This document shows, in pieces, positions 52,301 to 64,000 of a stretch of 64,000 bases of DNA. The translations under genes and the position numbers were made by a program. Below the pieces are notes generated by a model. That model made no database searches, was not told the origin of the DNA, and saw only the letters and a list, made by a program, of their open reading frames with translations. This DNA comes from Antedon mediterranea (taxonomy: Eukaryota > Animalia > Echinodermata). Numbering within the stretch: the stretch's first letter is position 1; each line of letters starts with the position of its first letter. The DNA is taken from NCBI RefSeq assembly GCF_964355755.1, contig NC_092680.1:2356001-2420000 (forward strand). The letters run 5' to 3'.

Positions 52301-52695
52301 TTAGTTTATACCTAATGCAATCATTTCCTTTAATTTGTATTATATGTAGTTTTATTGTCGAATCTATTCACCTTATGGAAATCTATGTCGCAGCGCACAT
52401 GATCTAGGCGTTATTCCAGATTGAAGAAAATCGGTTTAAATATATTAGATGAAACTCGCATATTTGACGCATCGTCTTGCATATATTCTACGAGGAAAAC
52501 TAAGTAGATTTAAAATGAATACAAAATAACTACTATACGATAAGGAGAAAGTTTAGATCTATAATCTGAGTCATGGTAAAACAGAGTATGCTCACGTATT
52601 TCAATTTCAAGACATATTCGCACAGGTTGTGTATTTTTTTTTTAATATAGGGAATTGTATGCTTCGGACATGCATATCACAGACTGGCCTTGTAA

Positions 52696-53015
52696 TTGGC
52701 CGTGACAGCTTTGAATTTACTCAAATTACCTTCAGTGGTACAGGGATGAGTTTTAAACATAAAAAAATTAGAAATCGAAGGACAATGCAATAGGTGATGA
52801 TTGCCAACTCCTGTTGAAGTAACATGATAGGCCAATTCATTAGCGTATGTTTCTCTTGACCATTCGCAGACCGGTTTAGTGAGAGACTGGGGAAGAAGCG
52901 AGGGCACAAATGAAAGTTCTGTTGGTTTGACAGTTTTTTTAAACGTTAGGTAGACACCTGACGCAACACGGAAAGAACTCGCACAGATGCATAATTGTAC
53001 AGACTGTTCGGCCAA
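52696..53015 (+). ncRNA. Candidate long-range structured RNA domain
   Basis: TTGGCCG(52696)/CGGCCAA(53009) plus ACAG/CTGT close ~320 nt; internal GCAAT/ATTGC and GTTTCTC/GAGAGAC. Confidence 0.45.
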
Positions 53016-53253
53016 CTATTCAACCTTGTATTTAGATATAATCTGAATGAAAATAACAGAATAAGTGGGCAGACTAAAAATATAATAGTACATGTAGCAA
53101 TTTCAAAGTCAAAATGATATTTTTATCAATTAAAAGTATTTAAATATTGTTTAGAATTTCGTTTTTAAAGTACAAACAATTTAGTATTTGTGTTATACAA
53201 ACTATCATATTTAATCCTAATGGTTATATACAATTTTCACCTTAATATATTAA

Positions 53254-53540
53254 AAGGTGAGGCAGTTACCCCTTAAGGTGAGCTATATTATGTAAGGTTG
53301 GCCATTTACCCCCTCAAGGTGAGCTATATTATATAAGGTTGGGCATATACCCCCTCAAGGTGAGTAATTTATTCCTCAAGGTGAGGTGATAACCTTCTTA
53401 ACATACTCTGGAAGATTGAACCCCCTACATTAAATCAGTTCTGCAAAAGGTAAGGCATTCACCGTTCAAGGCGTGGATTTCTCATATAGGGTGAGACATT
53501 CACCCTTTAGGGTGAGACATTAACCCTTTACAGTGAGGCA
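53254..53540. repeat. Degenerate ~21-bp minisatellite
   Basis: Recurring AAGGTGAG(G/A)CATTTACCCCCTC-like units. Confidence 0.75.
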
Positions 53541-55876
53541 ATCATACATGTTCTACTTTTAATTCCTTACTTTACAAGTATCCCTTCAGGGAGACTTTAT
53601 AAATACTCAAGGTAAACTATTTTGACCTGTGAATTAGCATTTAACTGGTATAGGTTGCCAATTAATGTTCTGAGGGGCGGAGCTTTCAGTAATGGTGTTG
53701 GAAGGCGGTACAGTACTATACAAAATTAAAAATTGAGGTGACAGTTTCTGTTTCACCTATTTTTGGACCTTTTTGACATCATTAATTTCTGGATTATTTT
53801 AATTTTTAATTTAAAAAACTAATACAGTAGGTTTGCTATATATGCACATTTTTCCAGATTACATTATAAAATAGCAGTTTTTATTGCTAATAAGTTCTTT
53901 GCAACAAAACTTAAAAGGGAACACAACTTTTTAAAGCCTCTATTTCAAATAATTGTATTCTTATTTAACGTACATCAAGGTAAAATTAAACAAAAAGACT
54001 CAATCCCTACTCTATCAAAATCTATTTTTATAAGGTTGATTCCTTAATACGGCTATACAAAAGTTCTTTTAGAAAAAAAAATTTTGTATAGGAGACATTC
54101 ACTTCTATACAATGTGAGTATCAAACAATATAACCAATGATATCATAACAAACTAATTTGTGTGCACTTTTAAGAACCGTTAAATACTCTAACAGAAAGT
54201 ATCTGGCACAGTGCCAACCGAAAATCAAAAGATCGTAAAAAACATGAGAAAACTATGAAACTAAGAATATAATTGTTTAATTGTCGAAAGGAATTAACCC
54301 AACCTAAAACTAGAGATACAAGAATTAACCATTATTAATTGACAGATATTAATTGGTAGATCAACAATAATTTAGCTAAGAACACCGCGAAAATCATTAT
54401 GATATCATGGCGGAATATGCTTAAATGATATAAAAAAGATGATGAAAAAAACAAAGTCTCGTATGACAGAAAGTTGACTAAATATCTTCACGCACAACAA
54501 ATAGATTTCAAATACGATAGTCAATTTGCATTATGAGGTGAAATGCAATTGTGGAGTATATCACACAACTCATCTCACCAAACCATTATTCAAAATAACG
54601 CATTACGAACCTAAAAGATAATTATATATAACGTTATTTGTAAAAATTAATGCTAATTTAAGGAGAATGTTAATGTCCTGTTTAATGCTAGAATATTAGT
54701 TTTTTTTTTAAAGAAGATTGCAATCGTTTGTGTAATTCATTTCAATCATTCATTGCAATAAATATTTCACGTAATAAATATCTTTGTTATTATTTTCACG
54801 TTTATGAATTCTACCATTCACTTAGCCTTGACTGCGTAATAAGTTGACTGTGTACACATAGATGATACAGAACCCATCTTGCTAAAAGTCAAGACAAAGT
54901 TACGTTACATACTTACCAGATTCTTCATCCTGTCTTAAATACAAATCAGTCTTAATCGTTGTCATTGCGATTTTAAGAGAGAAAAAAGCTTGATTCTAAC
55001 GGATAATGTAGAAATGTCACTAGCATTATATCACACGCTTTTACAAACATAATGAAAAGTGATTTTATTTTATTCCGACAAGATAATAGAATGTTGTAGG
55101 ATAATGGGATTTGTTACATAGGATTAAATTAAAGTGTATTTTTTGTGGAATTAAACCTCTTCCAGTTTATATTTCAAAACAATAAAATCAACAATTATCT
55201 TCCATATAAAAATACTTATAAATCCAAAGGCAAATTACTGGAAAAAAAACAATGCTTAATGGAGATACTAAAGAGGCAAAAAGGTAAATCAAAACGATAA
55301 ATTAAACAGCGAGAAAGAAGTGATAAGGTTTCGGAAAAAACACTTCACTTCCTTCGTTTACTTAAAAATGGGAGTTGGTCACATGGGTGGTGGATACCGG
55401 TGCTATATAAGTTTTCATCTATTATTATTATTTAAATATGCTTTCAAAAATATGTTTATCAGAGCATTAAATAACCTATGAAATTCAATTTGTATTGGTA
55501 AATTACAAAATTATTCAAGGGACACCTTCAAAACCCAACAAGTGTCCCCTTAGGTGTCCTCTGAATTATAGCGGTTGGCCTTATTGTTAAAACATATACT
55601 CCCCTCGTTTGTTGGGTAAAGTGTCCCTAAGGATGTCCAAAAGATTTAACTATTATTCACAAAATTCAAATAAAATGGAAAATAGATTCCTATTAAAAAA
55701 AACATTTCTTTATATTTAGTTATCTGAAGTTTAAATTATATTTTTATAAAAAGTTAGAAGAGTAAATCTAAATTTTAATGCAAAATATTTTGATTTACGA
55801 GTAAGTAAATGTGATGATCATGTTGATATTTGGTGTGACAATTACGACTTCTAATATCAAACATTATGGCACCTTC

Positions 55877-56083
55877 TTCCCATGATGATTTTACAATTTG
55901 ATGCAGCAGTAGCAATTTTGTTATCATATACTTTTTACTGTTGCCTGCTGGAATTAGTCACTGCATCCATGCAATATGTAGTATTGCTGCTAGGGGCCGA
56001 CGCAGTTCGAAGGCATGAACAAAGCCTGGGAGCCTGGCTTGTATATTTGTATGATCTGAATATAAGTAAAGGGGTATAGGGAA
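55877..56083 (+). ncRNA. Candidate structured RNA island
   Basis: GATGCAG(55900)/CTGCATC(55961), CAGTAG/CTGCTG, GCAAT/GTTGC nested; AAGCC/GGCTT; TTCCC/GGGAA closing. Confidence 0.5.
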
Positions 56084-57258
56084 AGCTTCTGGGAGCATTT
56101 TCCTGTTGGTTTTGTTTTAAAAAAAAGTACTGTATAATCTAATTGCATGTGCTCATTTTAATTTGTTCCAAGAGTGAAAAAGAGAAAGATAAAGAGGATT
56201 ATACAAAAAGAAATTTTACTTTACATTTCTAAAGAAAAACCAGATATTTAAAATAATCACAAACAGCTCCCCCTACAGGCCAATGTTTCTGATTGAATAT
56301 TGAATGGTCACATTTTATGCATGGTTTTTAAAAACCCGCCATGGCACATTTAATGTAGTTGGTTGCAGCAGCTGTATTCAGTACAATACATTATTAAAAA
56401 AATGGGTGCCTTTGGTTAAAGGCTACAATGTTTAAATTATTTTGGTATATTAATAGCAATGTATTTCTGACGTAATAAAGCAAGCAGAATATTTTGTTAT
56501 ACAAAAAAATGGTGATTGACAATATTCTATTTCAGCTAAAAGATTGCCAATCTGTAAGAAGAATTTCTATTGTTATTTTATTATAATAATGGAAAAATAA
56601 AAGCTTTTCAGTATTTTAGTTTTTAGGTTATCTGCAGTATATTGTGTATCATCTTATTGCCTAACTCATCCGGAGGACAATCTATAGTTTATAATTAAAA
56701 CAATAATGAAGCTCAGGTTATCAAAGTTATATTAAATTTGACAAAAACCAATAAATAATCAATAATAATTAAAGGGATTTAAAAAAAAAAACACAAAATA
56801 TTTAGCCAAAAAGGTTCAAAATGATGAGTAGTATTTAGCATTGTCTTGTTATAAATCAGGATTATTGGAATTAATGTATTTGTCATCAGCACTATCTTAT
56901 TCTTCTAGAATTGTCAAAAGTGCTTATTTACATAATTTTCTTAATGACATTGCAAATACGTTGCTTTTTGTCTCCAAAATGATTTATTTTTTTTACAAAA
57001 TAAATCGGATTGTCTAAACCCATTTATTTGTAACAATAGACAGTACTGTCAATAATTTTCCCAGATTATATTCAATTTTAATGCTTTGAATGTAAATGTA
57101 TACACATTGTTTAATGTGTGTTAAAGATAAAAAACATGTTAGATTTAACAATAAAAAGTTCTCATTATAAGGTAGTATAATTGGTAATACATTTGAGTTT
57201 ACCTTGTGTTAAATATGAAAGCAAAGAATTGGACAGCGTTCGCCGAAGTTACTTTTTA

Positions 57259-57409
57259 AGCTCTGTCTACACTATCAAACTAGTTTTACAGAAAAAGTGT
57301 GATGTACGTATATGGTAGTGATATGCCAAAATATGGTAGTGACATGACATCATAATGTCCATAGGCACATCACATTTTTGTCACATAAAGTTTGTGTGTA
57401 GACAGAGCT
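57259..57409. mobile_element. MITE family A copy 5
   Basis: TIRs as in the other copies; TTA on both sides (TSD). Confidence 0.9.
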
Positions 57410-58781
57410 TTAGACAATATTGTAAGCCTTTACACAATAAAAAATAATCCTTGGAAAGTGTAATGTCTAAATTAACGTTTTAAGAGAGGTGGGGGGGGGG
57501 GGGGTGGTTGGAGGGATGAGGCAGGAAGGGAGGATAATTACATAAAATATTTTATTAACATCATTTATCCTCATATTATGAGGAAATTTGCATTAGGCCC
57601 TCTATGACTCCAATATAGACCAGTACACTATGAACATATTGAACGTTATTCTCTAAATATGAGATTGAAAATTACAGGTCTATGTTTGACTGAACTGTTT
57701 TTTTAAAGTGTTATGTTACGACCTACTTTAAAACTTTCAAGAACAATAAATTTCAAATACAATAAGTTTTCAAACCGTGAGGTAATATTTTCAATTGCAT
57801 TCCTATTTGGATCGCTGATTTTCCCTCTATTATATTATAAAGTTCATGAAGTAAACACATTCTATTTACTTTAAACTAATTTATTCTCATAGTTTGTTCT
57901 GTTTGGAGTCAAAAGTAAAACTTGAATAACTCCTTTTAACTTTTTATACAGATACAAATACTTTGATTTTATTATAGGAGTTTTGGTACTTTTAATAAGT
58001 TAGCATTGAGCTTTAGTTATAGTAATAATAAAAAATGGAATTTAGAACACAATATAATCTTTCTGTGCATCTATACTGTAACTATAAATAACTTATTTTT
58101 ATTCTTGAAATACAAAAACAAAAGCTATTCTTTTTACCTCTTTAATAATTAGATAACCATAGAATAGATAGAATTAATAAATAAAAGTTCATAAAAGTGG
58201 CACAGTTAATCAAGTTTTAAGAAATGATGTTTGCAACTTCAAGCTAGGATTATAAATGAACCCAATATTTTAAAGTGCTGCAAAGAAAAATTCAAAATTA
58301 ATGAGAAATCACAAAAAAATACAGTTAAATAAATCGTAACCCATAGCCCCAGAACAGCTCGATCCATGGGTCTAAATAATAATCTTCTTGAACAAGGAAC
58401 ATATATCCTACTGTAGAACACACTCAAATGTACTTTTAAAAGTACCAGTCAAAAAGATTAGGGACTATCAACCCTGGTGAAATGGTCCACAAACATAGAG
58501 AAAATAGAATAACGCATTATCTTTTACTAAATATACAATCTCACAGTCCAGTTGCCACACATATTAATTTGGTGTGGAATTCAGAATGAGTTTGTCCTAG
58601 TTTTGTTTTATTTGTCCTAGTTTTGTTTAATTTGGCATTGAAACCGAATCCATGCTCAGTGTGGACGCAGCTCTATAACCATGTTTTCAACATATTTTTA
58701 GATATTTAGATCACATGATGAAAGACCTTGAAAACACACACGCAAATCCACATATAAACATTTGCTTAGAAATGTTATTTC

Positions 58782-58846
58782 GGATCTCTCGAGGGACTCA
58801 CTGTTTCCTTCAAGTTTTTGAGCCAGTGAGTCACCCCGATGGATCC
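58782..58846. ncRNA. Candidate long hairpin
   Basis: GGATC/GATCC, TCG/CGA, GACTCACTG(58795)/CAGTGAGTC(58824). Confidence 0.55.
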
Positions 58847-60065
58847 TACATAAAAAAAAAGTGACAATAATTAGGTATAGTTGTGTGGAGATAAACCATT
58901 TACACACTATTTGGCAAACAGGTGTCCAGTAATCAAAATAAAATCATTTAAATAATAAATAGACCACAAATTAGTCATATAACTGAATGTTCAAATAACA
59001 ACTCATAGTACTGTTATGGGTACAGATGGTTAGGCAATCACAGAAACCATTTTTCAATTATATGATGGGGAACTCTTATGAATTTATTCATTGACTTCGA
59101 CCATATTGATGGAATGTCCAGCAGAAATGACACGTTTCTTGTTTTATTAACGGACAAAATCTTATTAAATATGGATGAATTATGCTTCTATAAAGTTCTA
59201 AAAAAAGGTTATATATTATTCAAAATGGTGCCACACTGATTTGGCATATCATTATTTAAATTCACATCGAGATTTTTCTCTAAAATATCGATTTTATTTT
59301 ACATTTGAACAGTTTTAACCAAAAGATTACATTTTAAATTTCTTTGAAAACAATAATTGCTCAAAGTAAAAATAATCTTTTAGAATTGTAAAATAGCGAA
59401 TAAACAATTTTGTTGTTGTTCTTGATCCGTTGTATGTTAATTGTTATCATCATCAGTCAGATAATAGTTTATCACAATATTCTCATTTTAACAATGCTTT
59501 TAAGTTGTAACGAATCCGGTTTTACACTGCGTGTAGTCTTTGATCAAATGTAAATCAAAGACACTATAGACATGTATTGATACGGTACAACTCATTAACT
59601 TAACACCTGATATGTAAGTTTCTTTGCATACGGTTCATTAGTGTGATTATGGTTGCCTGCGGCTAACTCAAAGACATGTTCCCTCTTGAACCTCCGTGCG
59701 ATCAATCTAAATAAAATCTATCAAATAAAAACATGAATTCACATATAAACTTATATCAAACATGCTCTGTACAATAAAGACACTGCAGAAAGAAGTTTGC
59801 GAAATCATTGTTACTCGCTGGGTTACCATGACAGCAATTATGCCCATGATAGTAGGTCCGTAATGTTTTTCATTAATGATAGTCTAGAGTATGATTTCAG
59901 TAGTTTTTATAGAGAGAAATGTTGCTCATGTTAATTTACAATATGCAGTAGCTTATAAACAACCTTAAATTATATTTGAATGTACAATGCAAGTTTTGTA
60001 TTTTCTATTATCTATTTAAATACTAGCGAATTATATGTTTACCACAAAATGAAACATTGTATTTA

Positions 60066-60137
60066 ATCGTGTAATGGTATGATGCTCGTCCTGTATGCAA
60101 AAAGCCATAGGTTTGAATCCCACAAGGGACATTTTTT
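60066..60137 (+). mobile_element. Decayed tRNA-derived (SINE head) sequence
   Basis: A-box-like TCGTGTAATGGT and B box GGTTTGAATCC at tRNA spacing, followed by a T-run; stems are broken. Confidence 0.5.
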
Positions 60138-60282
60138 CAACTATGCTTTTCTAACTAATAGAACACTATTAGATGGATACTACGGTCAACACTCTAGTCA
60201 TTTTCTAAAGCAATTATTGATAGCCAAAAAGCAAAGTTGGTAATTACATGATCAGAAGTACTTAAAAAACTAATTTGAGACT

Positions 60283-60527
60283 TAGGTGGTAACATTGCCT
60301 GCTATAATAAAGAACTTAAAACTGGCCACTAGAAATGTATACTGGCACAGTAGTGGTGCTGCTAACCATCCAGCTCTAAGCCAAGTGATTCAACTGGTGG
60401 TCAATAATCAAATCTGTATCCTGGACATTTGCATGGTCAACTTTTGTAGATGGTAGACTGTCCAATCAATGCTGTAGTGTGCAATCTTTATAACTTCTCC
60501 ACTCAGTGGCCAAAATCTGAGCACCTA
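60283..60527 (+). ncRNA. Candidate structured RNA island
   Basis: TAGGTG(60283)/CACCTA(60522), TGGCCACT(60323)/AGTGGCCA(60505), ACCATC/GATGGT nested; CAGTA/TGCTG branch. Confidence 0.5.
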
Positions 60528-61201
60528 CTGTTTGAATGGCCTAGTCTTCAGCAGTTGCTTCAAGATGGAAGCAAAAAGATTAAATAGAGATTACGCTGTT
60601 TTGTATTCATTGAATGGGGAGAATATTTTCATTAATTTCTGTTCTATAGAATAGACAATCCTCCCACCCATAAACATTTATTATTTGTATATTATTTAAC
60701 TAAATAAAATCTACATTGGGAGAATTTGAATGACATAAATTGAATTGAACCTACTTCTCAGAGATAGTAGGCTTGTCACTCATAGCAACCTAGATAGCAT
60801 TGTGCAATATGAGTCAACATCATCAGCTCATTAATGGGTAATATTAAGATAATCTAGATTTTAATTCAGCTACAAATTAATCAACACATACATTGTAGGC
60901 CTACACTCAAGAATTCACAATATCAATTTACTTGAAACCTAAATGACTCGTGAATCCATTAAATTGCAGAATGATAAGATGCGGGATTAATCCGCTTAAC
61001 ACCTTGGTCATCTACGCATCCAACATAAACAACGACACTATGCTACATCACATTAATTTACACTCTGTTCTTTAATTTGTTAATTTGGTGAAAGTTCGCA
61101 ATTGCATGCATTTTAATGACACATCTTAAAATCATCCACAAGCCAATATTAACTCATTACGTTGCGAGTATAATACACATTCAACGCAAACGAAATGAGC
61201 C

Positions 61202-61451
61202 GTGTCGTCATATCACACCTCGTTTGGAACCCTAATGTCGTTTTTTTACTTTGTTCTTACAAAGTTCTCGAGGAGCATGTCATACAAAACATGTTCATTA
61301 CAGCTACCTTAATGATAGTAATGACACACTTTCTGGTTGCGTTTATTTGTGGTGACAAACCTGAAGGCAGTTCAACTTGCCGAACACAACAACACCTACC
61401 GTAGAAGCAAAACAACATAGTCCACAGATGACAATGGGGGTATGATAACAC
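61202..61451 (+). ncRNA. Candidate multibranch RNA domain
   Basis: GTGT/ACAC, TCATA/TATGA, CCTCGTT/AATGGGG, TGGA/TCCA closing; branches GAGCATGT/ACATGTTC, CATTAC/GTAATG, GGCA/TGCC. Confidence 0.55.
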
Positions 61452-62384
61452 AATAAATCCGTTATAATCACTTCAGGAGGCTGTTCAAAGGAAAATTATA
61501 TTAATTAAAAATTTAAGCTTTTATCAATCAATATATCAATTATTCAAATTTAGTAGACTTGCTATTAAAATATCAAAAATTGTGTACATAAAATGAACAA
61601 TCAAAAGTAAAGTTGTTGAACAAGAGATAGTTAAATAGGAGAGGGTAGATTGATGGTGGGTGGGGTCAAGGCGTTGTAGCCACAGTCACAACTGTAGAGC
61701 AGAAAGTAAAATAAAAAACGTACAGAAATCAAACGTCAAAAGACAAATACTACAAAAAATACAAGCTAAGCACAATTATTAGTTGACCTTATTATAGAAA
61801 CACACAATATGGACAGACCAACAACCCACAAACCATGAAAAGCCCTCCTTCTTGGATCTCGCCCAAATACGGCATTAAATAGCCCTTCATTTTATAATTT
61901 CTTAGCCGCTCCTCCCTCCACCCCAATTTCAAAATCTTGAATCTGTCACTAAAGAGCACTATTGGAATCGGTATGAGATAGGAGACAAGATAAACATTAC
62001 CATTTACTCATGTTATTGTCTTTAATTTAATTACCCTTGAAAATTGTAATTTTGAGTTCTCATTTTAAGTATAATCATAATGAATAAGTAGAAGCAATTT
62101 TGTTGTAGACTCGTTTCCTGTAAATTCAATCAAAAATTCATAATACAAAGTGAATTAAAACATAATGGCAGAGAAACTGGGTCATATTTTATGTAGCTGT
62201 AATATTTAATAGTATAGTCTTAATGTTTATATACATTACAAAAAATGAATGAATATGCTTTGTCAGAAGGATCACTAATAAGTTTGATGTGTGATAATAT
62301 AAAACAAACTTTATTTGTTGAGGATTCTTCTAGATTAAAACAGAAGATGAACAAATACATATTGAAATCAAAATAAAGCAAGGA

Positions 62385-62716
62385 GGATTGTCCTACAGAC
62401 AACTCTGAGAATGTCTTCAGAAAGACTCCGGGATTGTCATAGTGACAACTCTGAGATTATTTTAAGAATGACCCTAGGATCGTCCTATAGACAACTCTGT
62501 GAATGACTCTAGAATTATCCTAAAGACATTAACTCTAAGATTGTCTTGAGAATGACCCCAGGATTGTACTAGAGACAATTCTGAGAATGTCTTGAGAATT
62601 ACCCCGGGATTGTTCTAGAGACATTTCTGAGATTGTGCTGAGAATGACTCCAGGATTGTTTTGAAGACAACTCTAAGATTGTTTTGAGAATGACTCAAGG
62701 ATTGTCCTAGAGAAAA
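62385..62716. repeat. ~46-bp minisatellite (dimer of ~23-bp subunits), ~7 copies
   Basis: GGATTGTCCTAGAGACAACTCTGAGATTGTCTTGAGAATGACTCCA-like units at 62385, 62431, 62477 and onward. Confidence 0.9.
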
Positions 62717-63316
62717 CTGCTGGATATAAAATATATATGTTGGCTAATGGAAGACTCTAAATAGAGAGACCTCTCAATTGTGTATGCATTAATGATTAGG
62801 TGAAAATGAACTGATTAGATACAAAGATCAAACAGGCTTTTTTATCCATTATGGGAGGTGTCCACTATTACGACCAGTATCCAGACTCTGTTGAGGTTCA
62901 AATATATGTTATTAACTTCATAATTGTAGTCTTTATTAAGTTCAGGAGAACAAAAAAATCAATATTTAGTCAAGTTGTTCACTTGAGATTAAAAAAACAA
63001 ACATTGGTTAACAAATGTAGATCTCTTCAGCCAAGTACTATTTATTAAACTTGTCAGAAACAGGATCCCCGTCCTACATATTTAAAGCATGAAAACTCAA
63101 GTCCACACTAATCAACCTCTCGTAAATTATGTGCTCAAAAAACGATATTTGCAATTGAAACTTTAAAGACATTTAAACACATATCGCACAGCTGTCCTAT
63201 CTGTTAGTTAACTCTTAACGAGTCATGTCTTGTTATCTTATTTGAAGTAAATGTATAATATTAATAATATATCGCTCAGTCAACAGTAAATTAAAATGCA
63301 ATTTACAGGATACCGT

Positions 63317-63385
63317 GAGCCTGGTAGTGGCGCTACTTTGGACAAAATCCAGGAAAGAATCAGGCTTTGAACCTAGGGGGCCTAG
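63317..63385 (+). ncRNA. Candidate structured RNA island
   Basis: GAGCCTGGT(63317)/ATCAGGCTT(63359) enclosing TTTGGA/TCCAGG; CTAGG/CCTAG. Confidence 0.45.
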
Positions 63386-63459
63386 AAAGCATGTTAACCT
63401 GTGGTGGATCAAGCAATTAAACATGAAAAAAGTGTTTTACTTTCTGGTGCAAGCATAAG

Positions 63460-63570
63460 CTTATACAGTATTTGTTATATGTTGCAGAGGCTCCTGTGGA
63501 GACTAAGGCTATGCCTTGTAAGGAGCCTCTGGGTGAAATATTTAATACAAAATAAAAAAAATAAAAAACG
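63460..63570 (+). mobile_element. LINE 3' end with terminal stem-loop
   Basis: Perfect CAGAGGCTCCT(63485)/AGGAGCCTCTG(63521), followed by AATAAA and an A-rich tail. Confidence 0.55.
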
Positions 63571-64000
63571 AGGAAAATAGATATAAAAATGGAAATATGT
63601 ATAAATAATAACACTGGTAGTAATAACAATATTTATATGTATTAACTTTCATAATTGAACAAACTGTGTTAAAAAATGACATGAAAAGCAATAACGAAGA
63701 ATATTTGTAACACATTCTTCATTGAGTTTTTTCCATTATTAACAACTGCATGTGAAAAAAAAACTATTTACCGCCCCCCTGCGATCACCAACAGAACGCG
63801 ACGATATAATAATTATTTCACAAAAGTAATGGCTTCCTTCACATTTTTATATATAATTATAGGTATAGTATGTTTTCAAGCTATACCCTTTTGCGGTAAA
63901 TTCTTGAAAACAACATTAAACCATAAAAATGAAATATTACAAGGTTATATAAATAATTTTCTTTAACATAAAAAAATGTTAAATTATTGAGTATCAGTTA

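Noticed and set aside
316-54965. Minus-strand alternative first exons ending in GTAAG(T/A) (near 316, 760, 32176, 46098, 54917)
   Set aside because: Phases are inconsistent, the peptides are unrecognisable, and this many GTAAGT matches is plausible by chance in 64 kb of AT-rich DNA. It cannot be excluded without transcripts.
55882-56059. C/D box snoRNA (ATGATGA..CTGA)
   Set aside because: The span of ~180 nt is long, there is no terminal stem juxtaposing the boxes, and no rRNA guide is recognisable.
432-60535. Exact 14-mer CACCTACTGTTTGA shared by 432 and 60522
   Set aside because: Several 14-nt matches are expected by chance within 64 kb and the flanks do not align.
42-63629. Short ORFs in the six-frame track as host genes
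   Set aside because: Apart from the LINE ORF, none shows a recognisable domain. Many start at TTG/GTG or derive from low-complexity tracts (e.g. 41607-41991, 20277-20594, 26569-26949).

Overview
AT-rich (roughly 30% GC by eye) animal genomic DNA. The repeat repertoire suggests an invertebrate deuterostome such as an echinoderm, but that is inference only. I recognise no intact host protein-coding exon. The only convincing ORF (12935-13486, minus) is the 3' end of an L2/Crack-type LINE with an 8-bp target-site duplication. The background is filled with LINE 3' stubs (L2-like, RTE), tRNA-derived SINEs, several MITE families (five copies of one TWA-flanked ~150-bp MITE) and minisatellites. The most striking signal is about 25 GC-enriched, non-repetitive, non-coding islands of 100-400 nt, spaced every 1-4 kb across the whole window. 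Each folds by eye into nested multi-helix stem-loops with perfect 7-9-bp helices, and their G-U wobble pairs mostly work on the + strand. This suggests one very long + strand transcript (a giant intron or lncRNA) carrying an array of distinct structured RNA domains. All folds were read manually and need computational and comparative confirmation.
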